Positions 37,001 to 45,008 of a stretch of 57,622 nt of DNA are shown one piece after another; the first letter of the stretch is position 1; each line of letters begins with the position of its first letter. A model generated the notes under the pieces. That model had not been told where the DNA came from and did no database searches. It worked only from the letters and a program-made list of their open reading frames with translations. A program made the translations under genes and the position numbers. This DNA comes from a virus. Lineage: Duplodnaviria > Caudoviricetes. The DNA lies in the IMG/VR virus record IMGVR_UViG_3300048837_002337, positions 1 to 57,622 of that record; one strand, 5' to 3'.

Positions 37001-40000
37001 ACCGGCGTCTTCGAGCGCGAGTTCCACGAGAAGCTGAAGCGCGAGGGCGTGCTGTCGGGCCGTCACCTCGATGTCGAACCGGACTACGAGCGCCGCTTCG
37101 TGCAGACCGAGGACGCGCAGGGCACGCTGATCGACGACATCCTCAAGTTCATCCGCGAACAGGCCTACGGGCAGGGGCCGGACAAGGACGCCTATGCGGC
37201 GCTTCTGACCTCTGTCGGGAAAAGTTTCAACTATCTCAAGCGCATGCAGCTTCTGGAAGCGATCAAGGCGAAGATCGCGCAGCAGGACATCGACAAGCAT
37301 CTGGCCATGGGCCGGAAGGTCGTCCTGTTCCATGATTTCAACCGGGGGGGCGGATTTAACCCCTTCGCGCCGCACGACGAGGCGGCGCTTGAAGGCTATG
37401 CGAAACTGCTCGCGGCGCGCCCAGAGGTCGCCGATCTGAACTTCCGCGGCTACCTGCCGCCGGTCCAGGAACTGAAGCAGCGCTACGGCAAGCGCGCTGT
37501 GATCTACAACGGCACGATCCCGAACAAGGAGCGCGACAAGGCGAAGACGGCCTTCAACACCGACGGCTCCGGCACCGACATCATGATCGTGCAATCGGCC
37601 GCCGGCGAGGCCGGGATTTCGCTCCACGACATCAGCGGCGGCCACCAGCGCGTGCTGATCAACCTCGGCATGCCGACCCGGCCGACGACGGCGCTGCAGG
37701 AGGAGGGCCGCATCCGCCGCGAGGGCTCCGTCTCCGACGCGCTCTTCCACTACTACACCATCGGCACCACCTGGGAGCGCCAGGCCTTCGCCCGCAAGAT
37801 CGCTGAACGCTCCGGCACGGTCGAGAACCTGGCGCTGGGCAACGAGGCGCGCACCATCCGCGACGCCTTCATCGACGCCTATGAGGAGGCTTCGCCCTGG
37901 GCCCCGGGCGAGGGTGACGGCAAGGGCGGCAAGGAGCGCGACCGGGCGGTCGCCAAGGCCTCGCCCTACGAGATCGCCAAGACCCACTACTTCGGGCGCA
38001 TGAAGACGGCGGGCCGGCGCGACCAGCGCCAGGGCATCGACTTCTACCCGACGCCGGAACCGCTCGCCTTCAAGATGGTGGAATGGGCGCAGATCCGGCC
38101 CTACGAGCGCGTCCTGGAACCCAGCGCGGGCGATGGCTCGATCGCGCGCTACTTCCCCGACCACTCCGACCGCACCATCGTGGAGCCGTCGGTGGAACTC
38201 CTGTCCAAGGCGGAACTCCGGGCGATCGGCGCGCGGGCGGTAAACTCGACCTTCGAGGCCTATCACGTCGTCAACAAGCATCATGCGATCATCATGAACC
38301 CGCCCTTCGGCTCGGGCGGCAAGACGGCGATCGAGCATCTGGCCAAGGCCGCCACCCATCTCAGGCCCGGGGGGCGCATTGTGGCGCTCATCCCGACAGG
38401 GCCGGCGGCCGACAAGCGCTTCGATGCCTGGTGGGACAGTGACGAAAGCGAAGGCCTGTGGCGTTCCGCCGAGGTTGCGCTTCCTGCCGTCACCTTCGAG
38501 AAGGCCGGGACGGCGGTCGCCGCGCGCATCCTCATCATCGACAAGGTCGATCCGGTCGCCAGCGACCTCCTCGGCTCCACCAGCCGCATCAACATGACCG
38601 GCGCGCAGAGCATCGGCCAGTTCTTCGACCGCCTCGAAGGCATCGCGGCTCCGGCCCGGCCGAAGGCAGCGCGCGAGGCGGTGGAAGAACTCCTCGACGA
38701 GCAGGAAGAGGCCAACCCGGCCCTGGCCGCGCCCGAACGCCCGGCCCAGCCGCTGCCGGATCAGGGCTTCAGCCTGGCGCAGACCACGCACGGCAAGACC
38801 GGCGAGGCGCTGTTCGTCGCCACCGCCACCGCGCGCGTCAGCGACGAGGCCTTCAAGGCCACGGTCGCGGTCGCGAAGCGTCACGGCGGCTGGTACTCGT
38901 CCTTCCGCGGCAAGGGCGCGGTTCCCGGCTACCAGTTCAAGAGCGAGGCGCAGCGCCAGGCCTTCCTCGACGACATGGGGAAGCCGACGACCGGGCTGCA
39001 GGAAGAGGCCGCCGGCTTTGCCCGGCCGGTCTTCTTCTCGCCGCTCCTGCGCGCGGTCGAAGGCGCCAAGCAGGCCCGCGCACCGGCGAAGGACTGGAAG
39101 GCGATCATCGCCAAGCTGCCGGGCGTGAAGAAGGCGGAAATGGAGTGGACCGGCGTTCTCGACTGGCTCGACACCGCCGACGGCCAGGTCGAACGCGCCG
39201 ACATCGTGGCCTTCCTGCGCGCCAACCAGATCGAGATCATCGAGGAGCGCCAGACCGAGGAGGGCGAGGACTTCGATCCGGACGAACAGGCGGCCGAGGA
39301 GGCGCTGGGGCACGACCTCATCGAGGAGCCGGACTTCGAAATCTCCGATGGCGAGCCGCTCTATCCGGACGACTGGGACGACGAGGCGGAGTTCTATCTC
39401 GACGAGGCGCGGGAAACGCTGGCCGAGGAGGCGATGGAGGACTGGGACGAGGAGGAGATGGGCGAATTCGATCCCGCGTCGATCGCCGATGACGAGGTCA
39501 TGGACCTCGCCAGGCAGATCGCCGAGGAGCGCTACGAGCCGCATGAGTATTCCGTCACGCTCTACGACCGCAACGGCGATGCCTCCTACGACGGCTACTG
39601 GAACGCCGACGACCGCAGCTATTACTTCCCCGCCCTGTCGGACGAGAACATCGACCACAGCGATGCGCTGAACCTCGCCACCGCGCCGATCATGGAGGCC
39701 CGCCAGAAACAGGTCGAGGAGAAGCTGAAGGAGTTGCTGGCCGAGCACAAGGCCAGCCAGGAGCGCCAGAGGGCCGAGGACGGCTTCGCGGTGGTCGGGT
39801 CGGCGCGGTGGCGCACCTACACCCAGGGCGGCGGCGAGAACTACCAGGAGGTGCTGCTGCGCATCCCGCTCCTGCACAAGATCGGCAAGAACCGGACTGT
39901 GCCCGTGCAGGACGTGGCGGAACTCAAGCGGATCGAATCCGAGATGGACCGCCTCATCAAGGAGAAGGGAACCCGTGTAAAGTACACCGAAGAGTACATG

Positions 40001-43000
40001 GCCCTGCAACGGCAGTCGACGGCGCTCACCGATGGCGTGATGGGCAAAATCCCCTTCGTGCAGTCCTCGCACTTCAGCCGCACCAACGTCGTCGTGCATG
40101 CGCGGATCAAGGACCGCCAGGACAAGGCCGGCAACCGCGTGCTCTTCATCGAGGAAATCCAGTCCGACCTGGCCTCGAAATGGCGGGAGAACACCGAGAG
40201 TGTCGAGGTCACACTTCGCAGACGCGCCCTTGAGGAGGCGTTCGAGAATCTGGCGGCAGCCGACAGGGAGGACTGGAACATCCTCGAAAACGCCGTGTCG
40301 GAACATGCCAGGGCAGCCGGCGCGAACACATGGAAGGCTTCGGTGAATGAGTTTTTGGGGAACTCCACCCCGAGCGAGCCGGACTATTTCCACAGCGACA
40401 AGACGCGCGCCGCTGTAGCCTCGTTCAATGCCGATCCGAAGGTGCAGCGCGCGGTCGAGCGGATGAAGCGCAGGGGAGGCGAGAGGACGCAGTTGAGGGG
40501 TGAACTGACCGCCCTCGGCACCGAGAAGCGCATCGACCCGATGGTGCCGCAATCGCCCTTCTCCGACCCGGAACAGTACACCGTCATGGTCAAGCGGCTC
40601 CTGCGCGAGGCGGCGGCCAGGGGCTACGGCAAGATCGCCTGGACGCCCGGCTACATGCAGGCCGAGCGCTGGAACAACGCCGCGCAAAGCGTTGTGTCGC
40701 GGATCGAATGGGAGCCCTCGACGTCCGGCACCGCGGGCGCGTCCCGCGACGTGCTCTTCCTCATGGCCGGCGGCGGCAGGGAATTTTCCGCAACGGTCGA
40801 CGCCGAGGGCAAGATCCTCGCGACCGATGCCGAACCGTTCCAGGGCAAGACCCTGCAGGCGATCATCGGGCCTTCGCTGGCCAAGCAGGTGCTTGGCGAG
40901 GAGAAGGGCAACGTCGGCGGGCAGAAGATCGTGCTGCCGGATTCCGGCTATGCCATCGCCTATGACGGCCACATCCGCCGCGCCGTCGACAAGCTGACCC
41001 GCGTCCACGGCGTCAAGGCCGAGCCCGACACCTCGATCTACGACCTGATCACCGACCGGCTGGGCGCGCGCTCGACCTATCTCGAAGGCCTGACCACCGA
41101 GGAGATCATCGACCGCATCGCCAATGTCGAGCCAGCCCGCACCGAGCGGCTGCGCAACCTTCTGCGCGAAGACCCGACCAACGAGCCCTATATCCGCTCC
41201 ATCGCCACGGAGCCGATTTCCGACGCCGCTTTCGTGCGCCTCTTCCGCGACAGGATGGAGGACGGCCCGCAAGTCTGGTCGGTCGAGATCAACGACGCGC
41301 TGCGTGCCGCGGCGACCGAGCCGATGCCGCTTTTCCAGCGCCAGGCGCTGCGCCGCACCAGGCCGGTTTCGCGGGAAACCATCCGCCGCATGATGCCCAG
41401 GCTCAGGGCCGAACTGGACCGCCTCGATCTGAAGCGCGTGCACCTCTTCGAGGTCGACCCGGCGCGCTATCCGATGGGCGGGCAGGACGACTGGCAGGGT
41501 CTCGTCCAGCACGGCGAGAACGGCGATCTGGAAATCATCATCGGCGCCTCGCTCGATCCGATGAAGACGATCCATCACGAGGTTATCCACATCCTGCGGG
41601 GGATGAACCTGTTCACGCCCGAGGAGTGGCGCGCGCTCGAACTATCGGCCGCGCGCAAGTGGGTGAAGGAATTCGACATCGTCGCGCGCTATCCAAACCT
41701 CACGCCCTCCGAGCAGATCGAGGAGGCCATCGCCGAGGCCTTCGCCGAGGCCGTGGCGACGAAGAAGGCGCCCGCCGGGTCGGCCGTCATCCGCGCCTTC
41801 AACAAGATCGCGCGGCTCCTCAAGGCCATCGCCAACGTCTTCCGCGGCGCGGGCTTCAACACCGTCGAGGACGTTTTCGGGCGGGTGATCGCGGGCGAAC
41901 TCAGCCGCCGCAACGCCGCCAACACCGGCGCCCTGGCGATGCAGCGCGGCAGCAAGGCACAAGCCGCCCGTGTTCCGAACCGCCAGGCCCGCGCCCACAT
42001 GGCAACCGCCATGGGCGGCAACGCGGCCCATATCCCCGACCGGCGCGTCTGGGAGGAACTGACCCGCACCGGGGCGCCGATCTGGCAGCGCCTGCGCCAG
42101 GGCGCCGGGGCCGCGCATGACGCCGTCGACAAGGCGCGGATCAAGATGCAGGACCGTTTCCTGCCCGTGCTCCGGGCCCAGGAGGCGGTGGTGCGCACGA
42201 CCGGCGCCACCCTCAGCGCGGACCAGAACGCCTACCTGAAGGAAACCACCTTCTCCGGCAAGGTCGGCCGCCACCTCTTCGAGATCGACGAGGAATACAC
42301 CAAGCCGATCATCGACATCATCGCGAAGACCAAGGGCGCGCTGACCTCGGAGGCCGTCGGCGAATGGCTCTACGCCCGCCATGCGATCGAGCGCAACGCG
42401 CGCATCGCCGCCATCAACCCGCGCATGCCGGACGGCGGGTCGGGGATGACGGATGCCGAGGCGCAGCAGATCCTCGCCGATGCCGCCGCGGGCCCCTTCG
42501 CGGCCGATCTGGACCGGATCGGCACCCTGATCGACGGGCTGCGCGAGCGGACGCTGAAACTGCGCGAGGATGCGGGCCTGATCACGCATCGCGAGGCGAA
42601 CCTGTGGCGCCACCAGTACCGGCACTATGTCCCGCTCAAGGGCTTTTCCGAGACGGATCACAGCGAAGCCGTGCTCGACATCGCCGGGGTCGGGCGCCGC
42701 TTCAACACCCGCGGGGCCGAGTCGCGCCGCGCGCTGGGGCGTCGGTCGGAGGCCTTCAACCCGCTTCAGGCGGCGATCACCCAGGCGCAGGAAGTGTCCA
42801 TCCGCGCCGAGAAGAACCGGGTCGGCCAGGCGCTCTACAATCTGGCAAAGGATTTCCCGTCCAAGGCGCTATGGTCGGTGAAGAAGCCGAAGATGAAGCA
42901 GGTCTACAACCGCACGACCGGCCTCGTCGAAAGCCGTCTCGAAGATCCGGTATCGCTCCTGATGGACCCGAACGAAATGGCGGTGAAGATTTCCGGCAAG

Positions 43001-44674
43001 GAGGTGCGCATCGTCTTCCACGATCCGCGCCTGGCACAGGCCGCCGGCAGCGTCGGCGCCGACCAGATCGGCTGGTTCGTCGGCTTCATGTCGATGGCCT
43101 CCCGCTTCTTCAGTTCCATCAACACGATGCTCGACCCGGAATTCGTGGTGCGCAACGCGGCCAGGGACATGACGGCCGCGCAACTGAACATCCGCAACTT
43201 CGGCGAGGCCGACCGCAACGCCATCGCGAAGGCGATGATCCGGAACTGGCCCAAGGCCTTCGTCGGCGCCTTCCGGGGCCAGGGCTACAAGGCCGACAGC
43301 ACCTGGACGCGCTACTATCGCGAATTCGAGAAGGCCGGCGCCAAGGTGTCGTTCTGGAAGCTGGAACAGCCCGAGGCGGGCAAGTCGGATCTCGACAAGC
43401 GCATCCGCCTGGCCGGCGGCTCGCGCCTGGGACCGGTCAGCCGCTTCGTGCGCCTCTCGACCCGCGACAATCCCGTGCTGGGCTTCATCGAGCGGACCAA
43501 CCTCGCGGTCGACAACGCCGTGCGCCTCGCCGCCTTCGTCGCCGCCCGCCAGCGCGGGTGGAGCGCCCAGGACGCCGCGGCCCTCTCGAAGAACCTCACG
43601 GTCAACTTCAACCGCCGCGGCGAATGGGGGGCGACGATCAACGCGCTCTATCCCTTCGCCAATGCCGCCACCCAGGGCTCGCAGGTGCTCCTGCGCGCGA
43701 TCACGCACAAGCGCATGGCCAAATATACCATTGGCCTCATTGCCTTGGGTGTCATTCTTGATGCAGTCAACGCGGGCCTTTCCGGCGAGGATGACGACGG
43801 CGAACTGGCTTATGACAAGATCCCCGACTTCAAGAACCAGACCAACATGGTGGTGATGCTGGGGCCCGACTCCGACAACGGCGCGACGCTCTGGATGCCC
43901 TACGGCTGGAACCTCTTCCCCTACATCGGCCAGCAGATCGGCAAGGTGCGGCGCGGGGTGAAGGGGATGGACGAGGCGCTGGGTGATGTCGCCACCGCCT
44001 TCTTCACCGCCTTCTCGCCGATCCAGGGCGGGTCGCTTCAGTCTGTCATCACGCCCACCATGCTCGACCCGATCAACGAGATGGCGATGAACGAGGACTG
44101 GCTGGGCCGCCCGATCCGGCCGGAGAACGCCTATTCCGACTACGGGCCCGACGCCTACAAGTTCTTCGGCGGCGCCTCGGAGGCCTCGAAACTCCTCGCC
44201 GACACGATGAACCGCGCCACCGGCGGCACCATCGGCGAGAGCGGCGCGGTCGACATCTCGCCGGAGTACATCGACCACTTCTTCGGCTTCATCACCGGCG
44301 GGGCAGGGCGCTTCGTCGGCCGCGTGTCCGACCTGGTGGCGAAGGCCGCGGCGGGGAATTTCGAGGAGATCGAGCAAAGGGATGTTCCCGTCGCGCGCTC
44401 GCTCTACTATGAAACCGGAGACTGGCTCGACCGCGACCGCTACTATCGCTTCCGCGACGAGGTCAGGGAAGCCAATGCCGCGGCGAAGGCCTATCAGGAG
44501 GCGGGGGACAGGGTGCCGGATCATGTGAAGCGGCTCGCGGCGCTCTATCCGACGATGCTGCAGGCCGAACGGGCGATCAAGGCGATGAAGAAGGCCGGTT
44601 CCCAGGACCAGGGCAAGGTGTTCATCGCCTTCAACCGTCGCTTCCTCTCGGTGATGGGGAAGCAGGGTGAGTAA
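31049..44674 (+). CDS. 4541-aa polyvalent internal-virion/ejection protein (DarB-like): ParB-like, JAB/MPN, SF2 helicase, N6-MTase, LPD-like, HExxH peptidase and LPD38-like domains
   Basis: DGHQR (~33210), E...HNHP...S..D (~34540-34700), GTGTGKT (~36310), DEAH (~36570), SATP, QEEGR (~37700), EPSAGDG/NPPF (~38120-38310), IEEIQSD (~40150), HEVIH...EE (~41580-41725). Confidence 0.92.
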   Translation: MADLTIADVRAKFPQYDDLSDQQLADAVHQKFYADVPRPDFYARIGLAVAPSAANPTAAPEDTAGFSSDLLAAMGGSTPAPPRTPAPAQIDAPAARPMQPGSLIEAMTGHDAAPVIDRTRPPSPPVRPREGGLEFGMMGGASPETEAWARREIARQEAERIDLVRPKDSPGIAPALQRQATTAAPDPFAGEGMGDMAARRGQQFARGATTVIASVPEALELLGRDIVRTRLPTFNQAGAALSAERETLLGIIEAEGAESQRGRAAALRLQAVDGELIRAARLVQEDAARLEIPLEDTKGFKAGKALRAASEETFGTPDPRDTGFWAKLAEGGGSVAGFAGASLLGAPLGPGGVLLSGGLTGAATNSSQLYQEAIQAGADEETALRAARIGGLVGSSEVLPIGRALKLLPKGMRNKVGGFFFKRLTHIAESAGEEAAQEFAMQVANNWVAKGLYDPERGWFDGAGESALIGAILGGGMGAIGSARGEGKADQLPMRTPDEPRERQPQQPPAPLTDPLLAAMGAPAPEAPAPAQPAPAQPQAPAPEAAPVQPAATTKAPEAAPAAPEAQPQADAGRYEIMDEVETVDGETRPTGRKVRIDMETGQASVVDANEAAAGSDAAGAPGGADAGQQGQESQPQGREAKGVTSPAPAAGGARPAPQRKFLSHEETLAIETDPDTFQYKGGSDTEGVTSALKGVSRFDPNRAGQVVIFETKDGRRIVADGHQRTGLARRMADAGQEDVGGMAAVIYREADGYTPEEVMALAALKNIGEGSGSAVDAARVLRSRSETIEDLGLPPNSALVRDAEGLRRLSVDAFGMVVNGAASEQHGAIVGRAVPNQEVQANILGLLSRLKPANAFQAETIARQAAAETTTETQDSLFGPEEIATSLYLERAKVLDGAVKAIRDDIRTLTDRADAITGAGNVLAKDENTRRLDADAKLRDYLTSQANMKGPISDALGQAARAVKDGTPVAAATRRFVEDVRRALEGDGTGGQASSGGRGEPEGQPRQEPVSPPEGDLLAAMGATPQTQTPAAKPEPDLLAAMGAAPAKNPEPDAKAKAEAQVKAKQSKMGTTTPQGDAGPLFNAQADIEDAKPALATTAAVRRAALIDEHTKGPETPPEEFADLFDQPEGQKLIAKMEGKTPKERRAIADDWVLKTGRKAGSEHLVVFDAQGVPVIIARGGRASIWVPEWAYFAGDAGDLGYATHNHPGDGGLSAQDLVSMMAMQIEIKAMGHADVVHGAKPGPVKPRNGLPPHSERTLTFSEAIRYGADRVHAGLQDRINGLTGDAFTQRAALYKRAHYAILNVILHRMGIIEYTGDADRVIAEAGVQVDDFIETVEAVVLDGFGRAGFLVSEIRDHLRAGKPEGDGADTGGRGRAEAAEPADGDGDRGGRVRQDGKPEVKDDFGAALDDLFGAKPEKPARSKSDIAKDLGDIFGEDGDLFNMPEQPKSGLTARERAEIEARQRQSKIRRANQTRVEDDLQSLFGHDRQGNLFGEGDIDEAKYARAAPVFKEALADIDVANTPRKDVFIAMIRPLIAAGLNRQAIENMRPYFERFLNDVDRGIISLAKGTEDAQRTDGNLERDRGDAAAQDGLGKADVPAAGRPDGKGAGTGRGAPDQGDGRQPGGERLPSGDAAPVGTEGNPPVQGSRGAGKQPADGGNRAAGRNPREPGISPDESATEATVRHAQDGPELKGRAAAQRAADERARRGIKLGDEEDVRATLPLLKPEQQDDVVKIERRFAKPDGHGMMLTNGTGTGKTYSGGGVIKRFAQAGKTNILVIAPSQGILDHWAEALHDLGLKASKLDDTKTAGEGIVLTTYANVGKNRALASREWDLIVSDEAHKLSQNAQGDATSALDTLRAISHRPSDLWRKSEMMRAAEWDRLRAMKDGEAKTALAHRLYEQRKQDVERLSQRPRAKVLFLSATPFAYVKNTDYAEGYLFDYPKDGHVGNSRQGGQALFMVENFGYRIRYHKLTRPDANVDTGVFEREFHEKLKREGVLSGRHLDVEPDYERRFVQTEDAQGTLIDDILKFIREQAYGQGPDKDAYAALLTSVGKSFNYLKRMQLLEAIKAKIAQQDIDKHLAMGRKVVLFHDFNRGGGFNPFAPHDEAALEGYAKLLAARPEVADLNFRGYLPPVQELKQRYGKRAVIYNGTIPNKERDKAKTAFNTDGSGTDIMIVQSAAGEAGISLHDISGGHQRVLINLGMPTRPTTALQEEGRIRREGSVSDALFHYYTIGTTWERQAFARKIAERSGTVENLALGNEARTIRDAFIDAYEEASPWAPGEGDGKGGKERDRAVAKASPYEIAKTHYFGRMKTAGRRDQRQGIDFYPTPEPLAFKMVEWAQIRPYERVLEPSAGDGSIARYFPDHSDRTIVEPSVELLSKAELRAIGARAVNSTFEAYHVVNKHHAIIMNPPFGSGGKTAIEHLAKAATHLRPGGRIVALIPTGPAADKRFDAWWDSDESEGLWRSAEVALPAVTFEKAGTAVAARILIIDKVDPVASDLLGSTSRINMTGAQSIGQFFDRLEGIAAPARPKAAREAVEELLDEQEEANPALAAPERPAQPLPDQGFSLAQTTHGKTGEALFVATATARVSDEAFKATVAVAKRHGGWYSSFRGKGAVPGYQFKSEAQRQAFLDDMGKPTTGLQEEAAGFARPVFFSPLLRAVEGAKQARAPAKDWKAIIAKLPGVKKAEMEWTGVLDWLDTADGQVERADIVAFLRANQIEIIEERQTEEGEDFDPDEQAAEEALGHDLIEEPDFEISDGEPLYPDDWDDEAEFYLDEARETLAEEAMEDWDEEEMGEFDPASIADDEVMDLARQIAEERYEPHEYSVTLYDRNGDASYDGYWNADDRSYYFPALSDENIDHSDALNLATAPIMEARQKQVEEKLKELLAEHKASQERQRAEDGFAVVGSARWRTYTQGGGENYQEVLLRIPLLHKIGKNRTVPVQDVAELKRIESEMDRLIKEKGTRVKYTEEYMALQRQSTALTDGVMGKIPFVQSSHFSRTNVVVHARIKDRQDKAGNRVLFIEEIQSDLASKWRENTESVEVTLRRRALEEAFENLAAADREDWNILENAVSEHARAAGANTWKASVNEFLGNSTPSEPDYFHSDKTRAAVASFNADPKVQRAVERMKRRGGERTQLRGELTALGTEKRIDPMVPQSPFSDPEQYTVMVKRLLREAAARGYGKIAWTPGYMQAERWNNAAQSVVSRIEWEPSTSGTAGASRDVLFLMAGGGREFSATVDAEGKILATDAEPFQGKTLQAIIGPSLAKQVLGEEKGNVGGQKIVLPDSGYAIAYDGHIRRAVDKLTRVHGVKAEPDTSIYDLITDRLGARSTYLEGLTTEEIIDRIANVEPARTERLRNLLREDPTNEPYIRSIATEPISDAAFVRLFRDRMEDGPQVWSVEINDALRAAATEPMPLFQRQALRRTRPVSRETIRRMMPRLRAELDRLDLKRVHLFEVDPARYPMGGQDDWQGLVQHGENGDLEIIIGASLDPMKTIHHEVIHILRGMNLFTPEEWRALELSAARKWVKEFDIVARYPNLTPSEQIEEAIAEAFAEAVATKKAPAGSAVIRAFNKIARLLKAIANVFRGAGFNTVEDVFGRVIAGELSRRNAANTGALAMQRGSKAQAARVPNRQARAHMATAMGGNAAHIPDRRVWEELTRTGAPIWQRLRQGAGAAHDAVDKARIKMQDRFLPVLRAQEAVVRTTGATLSADQNAYLKETTFSGKVGRHLFEIDEEYTKPIIDIIAKTKGALTSEAVGEWLYARHAIERNARIAAINPRMPDGGSGMTDAEAQQILADAAAGPFAADLDRIGTLIDGLRERTLKLREDAGLITHREANLWRHQYRHYVPLKGFSETDHSEAVLDIAGVGRRFNTRGAESRRALGRRSEAFNPLQAAITQAQEVSIRAEKNRVGQALYNLAKDFPSKALWSVKKPKMKQVYNRTTGLVESRLEDPVSLLMDPNEMAVKISGKEVRIVFHDPRLAQAAGSVGADQIGWFVGFMSMASRFFSSINTMLDPEFVVRNAARDMTAAQLNIRNFGEADRNAIAKAMIRNWPKAFVGAFRGQGYKADSTWTRYYREFEKAGAKVSFWKLEQPEAGKSDLDKRIRLAGGSRLGPVSRFVRLSTRDNPVLGFIERTNLAVDNAVRLAAFVAARQRGWSAQDAAALSKNLTVNFNRRGEWGATINALYPFANAATQGSQVLLRAITHKRMAKYTIGLIALGVILDAVNAGLSGEDDDGELAYDKIPDFKNQTNMVVMLGPDSDNGATLWMPYGWNLFPYIGQQIGKVRRGVKGMDEALGDVATAFFTAFSPIQGGSLQSVITPTMLDPINEMAMNEDWLGRPIRPENAYSDYGPDAYKFFGGASEASKLLADTMNRATGGTIGESGAVDISPEYIDHFFGFITGGAGRFVGRVSDLVAKAAAGNFEEIEQRDVPVARSLYYETGDWLDRDRYYRFRDEVREANAAAKAYQEAGDRVPDHVKRLAALYPTMLQAERAIKAMKKAGSQDQGKVFIAFNRRFLSVMGKQGE
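33912..34082 (+). CDS. Nested +1-frame gene A, 56 aa (MHSDKQPAPSRTERPSQRQLDALSKMSAERLKAMGQEAKRLREEEASLKASRAKSR)
   Basis: GAAGGGG RBS. By hand count the +1 frame has GC3 47/56 while the host frame has only 29/56 over the same codons. Not listed in the ORF track. Confidence 0.6.
   Translation: MHSDKQPAPSRTERPSQRQLDALSKMSAERLKAMGQEAKRLREEEASLKASRAKSR
35043..35255 (+). CDS. Nested +1-frame gene B, 70 aa
   Basis: GGGAG RBS 9 nt upstream; amphipathic helices; host frame degrades to a G/D/R linker. Confidence 0.65.
   Translation: MTSSKQSKRSFLMGLDGPDSLSPRSEITSALESLKAMEPTPAVEAERKRLNRLMETATEAGGFARTASQR
35769..36131 (+). CDS. Nested +1-frame gene C, 120 aa (MHNAPTAIWNAIAE...)
   Basis: GAAGGGA RBS; globular helical composition (W, L, M, E, K); host frame is G/R/D/A low-complexity here. 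Confidence 0.75.
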   Translation: MHNAPTAIWNAIAETQPLKTAWAKQMFPLPEDLMEKALEREEARLIKETGDSRVASAYLLVMPLLWEQKAIRRFKEAGGPGNSLPMVETAQQAAILASREYPLTKAQLKLLSDMLRTAPN

Positions 44675-44948
44675 CCGGGACGCCTCGATGGCCCTGGCTC
44701 TGGCCATGATCCTCCTGTCGATGGGCCTGGCCTACAAGGCCGGCGTCGCCGCGGGCCTGCGCCAGGCGCCGGAGCACTTCGCCCACAAGGCCTCGATCGC
44801 GGCCTCCGACGCGGCCTTCTGGGAGCGGATGGACGCCACCTTCGGCCAGACCGACACCTGCGCGGCGATCTACGATCTGGTCGCGGATGACCTGGTCGGA
44901 TCGGAGTACGCGCCCGGAGCGGTTTCGCCGCACAGCGATGAGCGCTGA
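44667..44948 (+). CDS. Small protein with N-terminal TM/signal segment, 93 aa
   Basis: GTG overlaps the giant gene's stop; MALALAMILLSMGLAY. Confidence 0.6.
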   Translation: MSNRDASMALALAMILLSMGLAYKAGVAAGLRQAPEHFAHKASIAASDAAFWERMDATFGQTDTCAAIYDLVADDLVGSEYAPGAVSPHSDER

Positions 44949-44957
44949 CGACATAGT
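44922..44957 (+). promoter_or_regulatory. Putative late promoter (decoration/fibre operon)
   Basis: GTTTCGCCGCAC-N18-CATAGT. Confidence 0.75.
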
Positions 44958-45008
44958 CGGCCCTGCGTAGCGCCCGGCAAGGTTCCCGGGCGGAACCTTT
45001 GCAGGGGA

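Noticed and set aside
40190-40510. Lower-GC segment in the giant gene, considered as another nested gene
   Set aside because: The main frame remains protein-like and the +1 ORF (40098-40346) is R/S/T/P shadow sequence; more likely a recently swapped variable insert.
36128-41590. 1820-aa antisense ORF, and similar long antisense ORFs (2608-4926, 20542-22548, 23322-25412, 25355-27310, 32153-34381, 42869-44707, 48552-50660)
   Set aside because: Typical stop-free shadows of high-GC3 genes on the opposite strand; no recognisable motifs, and the sense frame keeps normal codon bias.
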